NCBI GenBank assembly: GCA_030583845.1
Contig: CP129478.1
Span: 66,655 to 130,654, forward strand
Reading direction: 5' to 3'
Length of the DNA stretch: 64,000 nt
Source: Candidatus Dojkabacteria bacterium
GTDB lineage: Bacteria; Patescibacteriota; Dojkabacteria; SC72; JAHDCA01
Positions 48,058 to 56,611 of this stretch are shown here, in pieces (positions within the stretch are counted from its first letter, which is position 1; each line of letters starts with the position of its first letter). The notes under the pieces are model-generated. The model did not search any database, was not told where the DNA came from, and saw only the letters and a program-made list of their open reading frames with translations. Both the position numbers and the translations under genes were made by a program.

Positions 48058-49290
48058 TTAAGCCAAGTGCTCGTCAACCCTCCCCCTCCTAAATCTCCTA
48101 CCAATCCACCCAAACCACCCCCTACGCACCATCAAGAACACACTAAACACCAATCCCACCGCACTCAGCCCCAAGAGTACAGTCCATAGCCTTACATTTA
48201 CCTCGCTACCATTCACCACCTTCAAGTCATCAGTCTCTAGCCCCTTATTCGTTACCTCATCCTCATCTACCTCATCACCCTCATCAGTTATCACTCCACC
48301 CAAGTCTGCAGGGTCTATCCCTTCAGGGATCTCTTCCTCTTCGACAGTAGGCTCATCCCGGGTCGCAGCTGGAGCGGCAGGAGTATCAGCCTGACCAAGC
48401 ATGGCAGCTGTTACAGCGACAGAGGCGTCACCTGTGCTTTTCACCTCGGCATGGCCGAAAGCATCTTCTGTGACTACCATCAGGGCATATGTGCCAACGG
48501 TAAGGCTGGCATCACTTACGTCGAGCGTCTTGCTACATGTACCGCTGCGGGTTGCATCTGCTGTCCCTGCACTAATCCACTGGTTGTTGGCGAAATATCT
48601 AAATGAGCAAACCCGGTCTTCCAGATAGTTGGCATTGCTCGGCTCAGTTACTGTACCTGTCATCTGGATCTTCCAATCGGGGTTGTCGGCACCGTTGGCA
48701 TTGGTGATCTGGGCGGTCAGAGTGCTGCGGGGTGCCTCACCATCTACGGTGATTGTGTTGAGTGTCTGGCCATTGATGAGCGGGGAGCTTGTTGGGTCAT
48801 ATACCCAGAACCTGACACTGTATGTAGCAACAGGGTCGAGTAGTGTGCGGTTAATATTGTTGGTACAGGAGTAGCTCAGCATGGTTGGGTCATCTTCATC
48901 TGGGACACCCGCGGAAAGTGTGCCGTTGTACTGTCCTGTCTCACCGCTTCCCCAGTTAAATGACACCTTGCATGTGGCAATGGTTGCATCACTCTCAAAT
49001 GTGATAACCGAGGTGAAGACATCGTTTACATACATTGTGGAGCCGTCAACCTTGTTTGGCGTGTATGCAGAGGTCTTAACTGTCGTGGCGGCATATGCGG
49101 GGCTGCTGGAGACGAAAGAGAGTATGGCTACGATAACTATGGCGAGGAAGGGGATGAGTAGGTGTCTTTTGCGTCCGACCACTTGTCGGCGATACGGTAG
49201 AAGGAAAGGCTTTTGCTTTGAGCCAACTGGTCGGACTGGATTCTCAATGTCTCGACGTTGTGGCTCTTTATCTGTATGAGTTGTTTTCAT
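48058..49290 (-). CDS. cell-surface protein with N-terminal signal anchor, beta-rich Ig-like region, acidic linker and C-terminal TM anchor
   Basis: N-terminal TM (LIPFLAIVIVAILSFVSS). C-terminal acidic stretch (EEEEIPEGIDPADLGG...DEVDEDE) followed by a TM helix and an RRGRVDEHLA basic tail. Confidence 0.45.
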   Translation of the reverse strand: MKTTHTDKEPQRRDIENPVRPVGSKQKPFLLPYRRQVVGRKRHLLIPFLAIVIVAILSFVSSSPAYAATTVKTSAYTPNKVDGSTMYVNDVFTSVITFESDATIATCKVSFNWGSGETGQYNGTLSAGVPDEDDPTMLSYSCTNNINRTLLDPVATYSVRFWVYDPTSSPLINGQTLNTITVDGEAPRSTLTAQITNANGADNPDWKIQMTGTVTEPSNANYLEDRVCSFRYFANNQWISAGTADATRSGTCSKTLDVSDASLTVGTYALMVVTEDAFGHAEVKSTGDASVAVTAAMLGQADTPAAPAATRDEPTVEEEEIPEGIDPADLGGVITDEGDEVDEDEVTNKGLETDDLKVVNGSEVNVRLWTVLLGLSAVGLVFSVFLMVRRGWFGWIGRRFRRGRVDEHLA

Positions 49291-49333
49291 TGCAGATATA
49301 ATATAGCAGAGGCGGGGTGGGTTGTGAAATGGG

Positions 49334-49756
49334 CTATCTTGATCCTCTTTGGTTTTGTATATGCTCGAGAAGCATCTCGTTCATTATTGTTTGAATCTGG
49401 AAAGGCGTGAGGTCGATCATTTGAGGATTGCACAGTACACGCTCGACTTTGCTTCCCATCGCGTAAATGATCACATACAACTCATCCTGTTGTGCGTTCA
49501 GTACTCTATATAGCCTTACAGCAGATAGAGAAGAGTCGTTCTCGTACTGTGGCATCATTTCGGCATTGTCTGGCCTAAGCGTATATCTTGTCCATCCAAA
49601 TGTGTCTGGTCCAATAGCAAACCCACCCCAGCTATCTGGCCTTTCTGTTTTTAGTATTGTATGTATGCCTTCGTACTGAGCTTCTCTATCACGGAAATGC
49701 TCGTCAACGTGTCCGTAAAGTTCTTCAGTACTCATCTGGCCATAACTATTTATCAT
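49334..49756 (-). CDS. hypothetical small acidic protein, possible paralogue family member A
   Basis: 140 aa. Shares E-x-L-x-x-x-YG...F N-terminal and hydrophobic YVIIY core patterns with the ORFs at 49789 and 52267. Confidence 0.35.
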   Translation of the reverse strand: MINSYGQMSTEELYGHVDEHFRDREAQYEGIHTILKTERPDSWGGFAIGPDTFGWTRYTLRPDNAEMMPQYENDSSLSAVRLYRVLNAQQDELYVIIYAMGSKVERVLCNPQMIDLTPFQIQTIMNEMLLEHIQNQRGSR

Positions 49757-49788
49757 GGCTTGATTTATACTATAAGTCTATTGCAGAT

Positions 49789-50256
49789 TCAACCACGTAC
49801 ACCTCGCCATCTCGGATCATCACCGTTTCGTCGCATACCCTGTGCATACTCAAACATTAGCCTGTGGCACACTCGAACAACCGTTTGATTAGCGAGATAG
49901 TGAGAAGAGAAGCTCAAGATTACTTCCCACCTACGATCCAACGCGCCAGCAGTTACGTACGCCAGCTCTTTGCCCACTTCTTGATACAGCAAGAAATAGC
50001 CCATGCTTTCGCGTCGATCAAACTCCCTGAGAACCTCCGGTACCTCCCAAGTGAGACCCATGTTATCGGGCTCAATCTCTTCACAATAATATATGCGGTA
50101 TCGCTCTGTCCGACCGCCCAGTTCCAAGTCTTTGTATGATAGCTGATATATCTCGGTTGAGGCATAATTCCAAGGCAGCTCGCGCTCTCCCACTCTGAGT
50201 GGAAATTGCATTTCCGATCTATCACCGTAGTAGCGATGGCTCCCGTTTTCGCCCAT
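49789..50256 (-). CDS. hypothetical small protein, paralogue family member B
   Basis: 155 aa. Shares SEMQFPL...PW and MGYFLLYQ segments with the ORF at 52267 (SERFPL...PW; QGYFLLYR). Confidence 0.4.
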   Translation of the reverse strand: MGENGSHRYYGDRSEMQFPLRVGERELPWNYASTEIYQLSYKDLELGGRTERYRIYYCEEIEPDNMGLTWEVPEVLREFDRRESMGYFLLYQEVGKELAYVTAGALDRRWEVILSFSSHYLANQTVVRVCHRLMFEYAQGMRRNGDDPRWRGVRG

Positions 50257-50302
50257 GCTTATATTGTATGTAGTGAAGGATTATGGTTGAGTAAAGTGAA
50301 AT

Positions 50303-50680
50303 CTAGAACTGTATCTCATCAAAACTTAGATACTGGATAGCTTCATGATGCTTGAGAGCTGATGCATATGCATATTGGGAACGTTGTCTGAATTCATCAG
50401 ACAGGGGGGCCGTTATACTATGCCCATCAAGTCCACAGCCGGACAAGTTCGGGACAAATATGTCGAGTAATCTAACCTTACCGTTATCAAGTAGAAGATG
50501 CACATATACCTTATTACAACCTTCGTACAGATATGGCGATAACTCATCTATCCCAACCGTATCGCCATTGAGCGACGTATAACAAGCGAGAACACACCCT
50601 TCGCCTTCATGTACAATCTCGGTTTCACATCCATCTCTTTCTAGCCCTTTAGTTGTATCGCCACCAAACTCCGACATCAT
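50303..50680 (-). CDS. hypothetical small Cys-containing protein, possible paralogue family member C
   Basis: 125 aa with a KVYVHLLLDNGK hydrophobic core segment. Confidence 0.3.
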   Translation of the reverse strand: MMSEFGGDTTKGLERDGCETEIVHEGEGCVLACYTSLNGDTVGIDELSPYLYEGCNKVYVHLLLDNGKVRLLDIFVPNLSGCGLDGHSITAPLSDEFRQRSQYAYASALKHHEAIQYLSFDEIQF

Positions 50681-50808
50681 TTGTCACTAGGAATAATTTA
50701 ACTATTTGCATACCCCATAGTCTCTATCTGTAAATAATCGGAGATGTTCCATCTCCATTACATACCCATTACACGCTCAAAATATCAATCCTGTATAATT
50801 TACCGAGT

Positions 50809-51504
50809 ATGAAACTAAACTACACCCTCAAACGAGAAAAACGCCGCTCCCTTACTATCCGCATCACCGAAAACGCCGACGTCATTGTCAAAGCACCTCA
50901 CCGCCTCCCACAGCAGCAGATCGACCAATTCCTAGAGGAGAAATCCGGCTGGATAAGCAAGAAGCTTGCTCTACAGCAGCGCCGCAGCGGAGAACGCCCT
51001 GCGCACAGATTTAATGAGGGTGAAAAATTCGAGTATCTCGGCGAGACTTACAGCCTGCAAATAATCCCTCCAAGCGCAGTCACCAAATATGGGCTCACAC
51101 TAAGAGAGCCGCTAGACCTGCACCAAGACTTCATCCTCCATGCCGAGAAGCAGCCGAAAGCGCGCGAGGCATTCACAAAATGGTACAAGAGTGAAGCACG
51201 TACAATTCTGGCCGATAGAGTAGGGCATTTCTGCGACCTAGCCGGGCTTAGGCACCAATCGATCAAGCTCTCAAATGCCAAGACTCGCTGGGGCTCATGC
51301 AGCAGCAAGGGCAATCTAAACTTCAACTGGCGTATCATAATGGCTCCGATGGAGGTAGTAGACTATCTGGTCGCCCACGAGGTAGCGCATCTAAGGCATC
51401 AGAATCATTCGAAGAGCTTCTGGAATTTGGTGGGGGAGATCTATCCGGATTATAAGCAGCATCGGAGGTGGCTGAAGGAGAATGGGCATAGGCTGGAGAT
51501 CTAA
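50809..51504 (+). CDS. YgjP/DUF45-family (WLM/M48-like) zinc metallopeptidase
   Basis: C-terminal WGSCSSKGNLNFNWRIIMAPMEVVDYLVAHEVAHLRHQNHSKSFW, the HExxH signature of the family. Confidence 0.75.
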   Translation: MKLNYTLKREKRRSLTIRITENADVIVKAPHRLPQQQIDQFLEEKSGWISKKLALQQRRSGERPAHRFNEGEKFEYLGETYSLQIIPPSAVTKYGLTLREPLDLHQDFILHAEKQPKAREAFTKWYKSEARTILADRVGHFCDLAGLRHQSIKLSNAKTRWGSCSSKGNLNFNWRIIMAPMEVVDYLVAHEVAHLRHQNHSKSFWNLVGEIYPDYKQHRRWLKENGHRLEI

Positions 51505-51508
51505 TCGC

Positions 51509-52108
51509 CTAACAGTAGCCCTTAATGGCTGGGTGAAGAATACTATACCAATTGGTTTCTCCAGTTCCCCTCTGTTTTGAGCTTCCACGAGGTACTCTCC
51601 CTCTAAAGTTCAAACCCTGAATAGGGTGCCCCACAGGAGTAACTGCAGCTGTGCTCAAAGTTCCATGTCCGTAGTTCATGCCACTGACCAGCTCTTCTAG
51701 CGTAGCGACAGCATCTACTACATCAGGATTAAAGTATCTTATGCCAGGCATACCCTTACACGCATATACATAGGCCCGCTTCTGGCCTTTGGATCTAGGT
51801 AATTCAACCACATGAAATGCCTCGGCAGAACAAAGACCAAAGGCATTTGGGGCTATAAAATAGATGCACTCTCGGTAATCAATCTCGGTATAGAGTACCG
51901 GTGGAATTGTATACCTATCATTATGATAAAAGTCCCACTCAATTTCATATGCATTTCGCTGTGTCAACAATGCTAATAGAGTGGTAGATTCATCCATCCC
52001 TTTTTGGAATAGTGGTAGGGACTTCTCGATTACCCCCTTATACTCATAACTGATTACAGTTCGTATATTCGGCTTTGGATTGTGTGTGTGTTCCAGGTCG
52101 GTGCTCAT
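51509..52108 (-). CDS. hypothetical protein, possible paralogue family member D
   Basis: 199 aa with the aromatic-rich pattern (WDFYHNDRYTIPPVLYTEIDYRECIYFIAPNAFG). Confidence 0.3.
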   Translation of the reverse strand: MSTDLEHTHNPKPNIRTVISYEYKGVIEKSLPLFQKGMDESTTLLALLTQRNAYEIEWDFYHNDRYTIPPVLYTEIDYRECIYFIAPNAFGLCSAEAFHVVELPRSKGQKRAYVYACKGMPGIRYFNPDVVDAVATLEELVSGMNYGHGTLSTAAVTPVGHPIQGLNFRGRVPRGSSKQRGTGETNWYSILHPAIKGYC

Positions 52109-52266
52109 ACTCGTTTAGCAGGATGGAGACAATTGGACTTCCATAACCCACTACCTTAAGACTATTTCATATTGCGAAGCAAAGTGGGCAGCCTAGAGTT
52201 TATACATATAGGGATTATACACTACTTGTAGTTTGCATTAGATGCAACGAAATTACATTGAGAACA

Positions 52267-52887
52267 TTACTCCGCTTCAACAGGCCAGTTCAATTTCATA
52301 AACCAGCTATTAAATATCTCTTTCGAGACAATTAGCCTACTGTTGTACTCCCCGAAGTCGAAGATCCTGCCAGTAAACCGACTTGGCTTGAGGTTCCCAG
52401 CGAGTATTTCTATACCCTCGTCACTTGCGACGCTTTCATACAATTTACCGAAGCTAGCCACAGGATCTACATCGATAGATGACAGTAACACTGGTGCTCT
52501 GAATTCATAATTCCGATACAGCAGGAAGTAGCCTTGATCAGTAACAACCAGCATCGCCATATTCCTATTTGTGTCCATTACTCCGTAGCATGCATTCTGA
52601 GCTGTACCGAACTTCCCATCCTGTTCAAGCCCTGTAAACCCAGTAAAGATTATAACCCTTGATTTTTCAATCATCTCAAGAGATTCATTTCCATTTTCAT
52701 ACTCCATAATCATCTCCTCCATCAAGGGAACAACTGCCGAGTAGTATGCTGTTTCTCCATCATTATGCTTGACCCATGGTGCACGATTGAATTCTTCCAT
52801 GTACAGCTCGAGGGGAAATCGCTCACTCTTCTCTCCGTACTCAACTGCCAGGTTTTCTAATCTCTCACTACTTGGTCCACCCATCAC
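52267..52887 (-). CDS. hypothetical protein translationally coupled to mutS, paralogue family member E
   Basis: 206 aa. Its start overlaps the mutS stop (ATGA). Segments SERFPLELY...APW and DQGYFLLYRNYEF are shared with the ORF at 49789. Confidence 0.4.
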   Translation of the reverse strand: MMGGPSSERLENLAVEYGEKSERFPLELYMEEFNRAPWVKHNDGETAYYSAVVPLMEEMIMEYENGNESLEMIEKSRVIIFTGFTGLEQDGKFGTAQNACYGVMDTNRNMAMLVVTDQGYFLLYRNYEFRAPVLLSSIDVDPVASFGKLYESVASDEGIEILAGNLKPSRFTGRIFDFGEYNSRLIVSKEIFNSWFMKLNWPVEAE

Positions 52888-55514
52888 TCAAACCTCCTCT
52901 TCAACTCCACCAGCTTATTCAGCGCCTCCACCGGCGTCATCCCATCTAGATCCAGCCCTTTCAACTCATTAATAAGCTCCGACTCCTGCGCAGAGAAGAA
53001 TGATAATTGATCAATGCTAGCTGCTTTGCTCGATTTCCCCTTAGTCGCTGCTGCTATCTGCTCATCATCAGACTCGCCCTTGCCATTTGATAGAGTAGAG
53101 AGGATCTCATTCGCTCGCGTTACCACCTCCTCAGGCAATCCAGCCAGCTGCGCTACATAGATGCCGTAGCTCCGATCAGTACCACCCTCGACGATCTTCC
53201 GCATGAAAGTTACTTCGCCTTTCTCCTCATCCTCGCTCACCATCACATTGTAGTTGCGGACAAATTCAGGGTGCTCGGCTGCCAGCTTCAGCAGCTCGTG
53301 ATAATGGGTAGCAAACAGTGTGCGAGCCTTGACTCGACTCACAAGATACTCGGAGAGAGCCCATGCAATGCTTACACCATCGTAGGTGCTTGTACCTCGA
53401 CCCACCTCATCCAGTATCACCAGGCTGTTTTCGGTCGCATTATTCAATATATTTGCCGCTTCCTCCATCTCCACCATAAATGTGCTCCGTCCCTGGCTCA
53501 GATTGTCTGAAGCACCTACTCGTGAGAACACACGATCGACCAGCGAGATCTCAGCATCATTTGCTGGCACGAATGAGCCGATCTGCGCCATCAAGACGAT
53601 AAGTGCGATCTGACGGATATAGGTTGATTTACCCGACATATTGGGGCCGGTGATGATGGCCATGCGATTGCCCATGATTGTCACATCGACATCGTTTGAT
53701 ACAAACTCATCATCTGAGATCTTCTCGACTACAGGGTGGCGGCCACCTGCTATCTTTAAAACTCCGTCGCGCACACCAAAATCATGCATGATAGGCTTGA
53801 TGTAAAGATTTGACCGCGCAATATTTGCAAACCCGGCCAGGACATCAAGCTTGCCAGTCTCATGAGATAGCTGCTTGATCGCTGTGAGGTAGGGGAGCAG
53901 CTCTTCCCGCAGCTCTTGGAAGATATTGTACTCGAGCTTGAAAAGCCTCTCCTCAGCGCCAAGGATCACCTCTTCTTTCTTCTTCAGCTCATCGGTAATG
54001 AAGCGCTCGCAATTTACCAAAGTCTGCTTGCGGATATAGTAGCCGGGGACTTTATCAATATGCGCATTAGTGACTTCTATGTAGTAGCCAAAAACCTTGT
54101 TGAATCCGATCTTGAGCGATGGGATGCCGGTCTTCGCTTTCTCGACCTCAACCATCTCTTGGACCCACTCGTTTTTCTGGCCTGAGTTGCTGCTGCCAGC
54201 CAGTGATCTTAATTCATCTACCTCTGGGCTGTAACCGGCTTTGACAATTCCACCCTCACTTATCGTAGTAGGTGGTGAATCCGAGATTGTAGAGTCAAGG
54301 CGGGTGATCAGGCTATTTATTGGGAGTTTTTCGTCGGAGAAGAGCTGGGCGAATTTAAATTTCTCAAGCAGCTCGCTATGCTCTGCTAATCTATCAGATA
54401 TTTGCAGCATATTTTGCAATGAAAGCTGCAACCCTTTCAAGTCGCGCGCTGAGGCTCTGTTTAGACCGACTTTGCCGACAATTCGCTCTGTGTCGCTTAC
54501 TTCAGATAGAAGCTTGCGGATTTCATTAAGTAGCTCAAAGTCATTGTGAAAATACTCGACAACTTCATGCCTTTCATTAATTTCATGAAGATTAAGCAGC
54601 GGATTAATTACCCAAGAGTAGAGCATACGCCTGCCCATGACAGTACGAGTGTCATCGAGCACCTCAAGCAGTGTGTCGTGAGATTGCCCAGTGTAGGAGT
54701 TCTGCACCAGGTCGAGGTTGCGGATTGTCGCTCGATCAAGAACCATCGTGCCCTGAGTCGAGAAGTATTGCGGTCTGCTGATATGCTCTGGGTTCATTTT
54801 CTGCGTATCCAAGATATAGCTGATAAGCATGGAAGCAGCTCTGGCCGCTAACTTATAGTCCGCTATAAAAAGCGAATCCAAGCTTTTCGCTTTATAGAAT
54901 TCTTTGAGCGTCTTCTCAGCGGCGGCTGGCTTGCTCTCTGCAGCGCTGATAAGCTGCACAGGGATTTCATTAAATTTTAATGAAGTCTCGGAGTCCGGAA
55001 GCAAAATCTCTACAGGGTCGTGCGCCGCAATTAATGAATTTAATGAATCCCGACTCAGCGGAATCTCAGTAATCTTAAATTCACCAGTTGAGAGATCTGC
55101 AAATGCAACGCCGATCTTTTCCTTATCCTGCACGACAGCCATCACATATGGATTTTTGCGCGAATCGGCCAGATCGCCATCAAGCGTACCTGGCGTGACT
55201 ACTCGAGTGACACCTCTTTTAACTACTCCCTTGGCCAGCTTAGGATCCTCAAGCTGATCAACAACAACAGCGCTGTGGCCTGATTTGATGATCTTGGGCA
55301 GATATTGATCAAGCGCATGGTGTGGGAAACCGGCAAGTGGGGTAGGGTCGGTAGCTTTGTCGCGGGTAGTTAATGTGATATTTAATACTTTAGAGGCCAG
55401 CTTGGCATCATCGCCAAATGTCTCATAGAAATCACCCATCCGAAACAGCACAATCTTGTCAGGATATTGCCTCTTGACGCCTAAATATTGTTCCATCATG
55501 GGGGTCTTTTTCAT
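52884..55514 (-). CDS. mutS: DNA mismatch repair protein MutS
   Basis: N-terminal mismatch-binding domain (MEQYLGVKRQYPDKIVLFRMGDFYETFGDDA). Walker A GPNMSGKST and an ABC signature. Length 876 aa. Confidence 0.9.
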   Translation of the reverse strand: MKKTPMMEQYLGVKRQYPDKIVLFRMGDFYETFGDDAKLASKVLNITLTTRDKATDPTPLAGFPHHALDQYLPKIIKSGHSAVVVDQLEDPKLAKGVVKRGVTRVVTPGTLDGDLADSRKNPYVMAVVQDKEKIGVAFADLSTGEFKITEIPLSRDSLNSLIAAHDPVEILLPDSETSLKFNEIPVQLISAAESKPAAAEKTLKEFYKAKSLDSLFIADYKLAARAASMLISYILDTQKMNPEHISRPQYFSTQGTMVLDRATIRNLDLVQNSYTGQSHDTLLEVLDDTRTVMGRRMLYSWVINPLLNLHEINERHEVVEYFHNDFELLNEIRKLLSEVSDTERIVGKVGLNRASARDLKGLQLSLQNMLQISDRLAEHSELLEKFKFAQLFSDEKLPINSLITRLDSTISDSPPTTISEGGIVKAGYSPEVDELRSLAGSSNSGQKNEWVQEMVEVEKAKTGIPSLKIGFNKVFGYYIEVTNAHIDKVPGYYIRKQTLVNCERFITDELKKKEEVILGAEERLFKLEYNIFQELREELLPYLTAIKQLSHETGKLDVLAGFANIARSNLYIKPIMHDFGVRDGVLKIAGGRHPVVEKISDDEFVSNDVDVTIMGNRMAIITGPNMSGKSTYIRQIALIVLMAQIGSFVPANDAEISLVDRVFSRVGASDNLSQGRSTFMVEMEEAANILNNATENSLVILDEVGRGTSTYDGVSIAWALSEYLVSRVKARTLFATHYHELLKLAAEHPEFVRNYNVMVSEDEEKGEVTFMRKIVEGGTDRSYGIYVAQLAGLPEEVVTRANEILSTLSNGKGESDDEQIAAATKGKSSKAASIDQLSFFSAQESELINELKGLDLDGMTPVEALNKLVELKRRFE
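54845..54861. repeat. solo copy of the 17-mer CCGCTAACTTATAGTCC inside the mutS coding sequence
   Basis: Identical to the left arm at 29092-29108. On the minus strand it encodes DYKLAA within MutS. No inverted partner is found nearby. Confidence 0.6.
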
Positions 55515-55516
55515 GT

Positions 55517-55936
55517 TTGGAGTATAACATATGGGCTGCCGCAGTGGCTTCGTTGGGGTACACGGATGTAATTATTTGCACACAAGAGTATGCCTCATCT
55601 AAAATTACAAGTGGGGCAAGAAGCTATCGTGATAATCAAGGGAAGTATGGTTTCTATCCAGAGCATGAAGATGATGTCTACTCGTATGCAGTTACAGCAT
55701 TTGAGCTGATACTCGGAAGGCTACCTATGAATCTGGATCCTGACTCAGATAGATTTGAAGTCATGATGCACTATCAAAATGCCGAAGCGCGGCTATCTGT
55801 AATTGATAGGCTTGGGTTGAGCCCGGCAGTAGCTAGTCGTGTTCGTGAAGTATTCATGCGAGCGTTTGAGAATTTTGGATATTCATCGGCTGGCGCATTT
55901 CTTCAAGACTTCAAGCTGGCATATTCCCACAACTAG
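55517..55936 (+). pseudogene. Ser/Thr protein-kinase C-lobe fragment (N-lobe and catalytic loop missing)
   Basis: DDVYSYAVTAFELILGRLP and the downstream helices match kinase subdomains IX-XI. No Gly-loop, HRD or DFG motifs are present, and the ORF starts 3 nt from the divergent mutS start. Confidence 0.4.
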
Positions 55937-55971
55937 ACTGAACGTTTATGAGCCGTAGACTGTTTACAGCT

Positions 55972-56538
55972 CTACGATAGACCAAACAGCGGATCACCAG
56001 AGTAATCCTTTTTGAGATTTCCCTCCAACTGTTCCAGATCCAGACGATTAGGATAGAACAATCTTGCGACTCTAGCTCCTTTTGGTACGAAATTGATGCC
56101 TACGTCCATGACATTATGCTGCGGCACTATACCTTTGTAATCAGTACCCTTAAGAGCAAGTCCAAATTGATCTCTTTCATACACAACCTGTATTTGTGTG
56201 AGCTCGTCAAGAGCCTCAACTACAACTACTTTGTAGATGTCATACGGGTAAAAGTATAAACGGCATTCCTGCATACTCGGCGTATCGTGTTCGCCCCTGA
56301 ATAGGGTAAGCTCTGTGTGCTGATTACCGCCCGCCTCCATAGTAGCCATCTGTAATCCCCAATCGTCTGCTATATGTAACTCATTCTCTCGAGTCACCAG
56401 AGACTCACCATTGTAGATCAGAATTTCTGTGTATACGATTGTTGCCATATTTACTCCTCTGCGCAATTGATTAATTCTACGTTTAGAGCACGACCATATT
56501 ATACTATGGGTTCTGCAACAATTCCATGACAAAAACAA
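55972..56538 (-). CDS. hypothetical protein
   Basis: 188-aa ORF. The likely start is at the internal Met (MATIVYTEILIYNG..., near 56449). Confidence 0.3.
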   Translation of the reverse strand: MFLSWNCCRTHSIIWSCSKRRINQLRRGVNMATIVYTEILIYNGESLVTRENELHIADDWGLQMATMEAGGNQHTELTLFRGEHDTPSMQECRLYFYPYDIYKVVVVEALDELTQIQVVYERDQFGLALKGTDYKGIVPQHNVMDVGINFVPKGARVARLFYPNRLDLEQLEGNLKKDYSGDPLFGLS

Positions 56539-56611
56539 CCTTTTACGGCATTAATTTTACTCCAATCTTTGATGACCACACTTTGGACAACCACTCTAAC
56601 AAAGTCGAAGC

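Noticed and set aside
52884-52887. Possibility of an alternative genetic code (TGA as sense, as in some reduced genomes)
   Set aside because: mutS terminates with TGA at the expected C-terminal length, overlapping the next ATG as ATGA. Other genes end with TAA or TAG at the expected positions, so the standard code applies.
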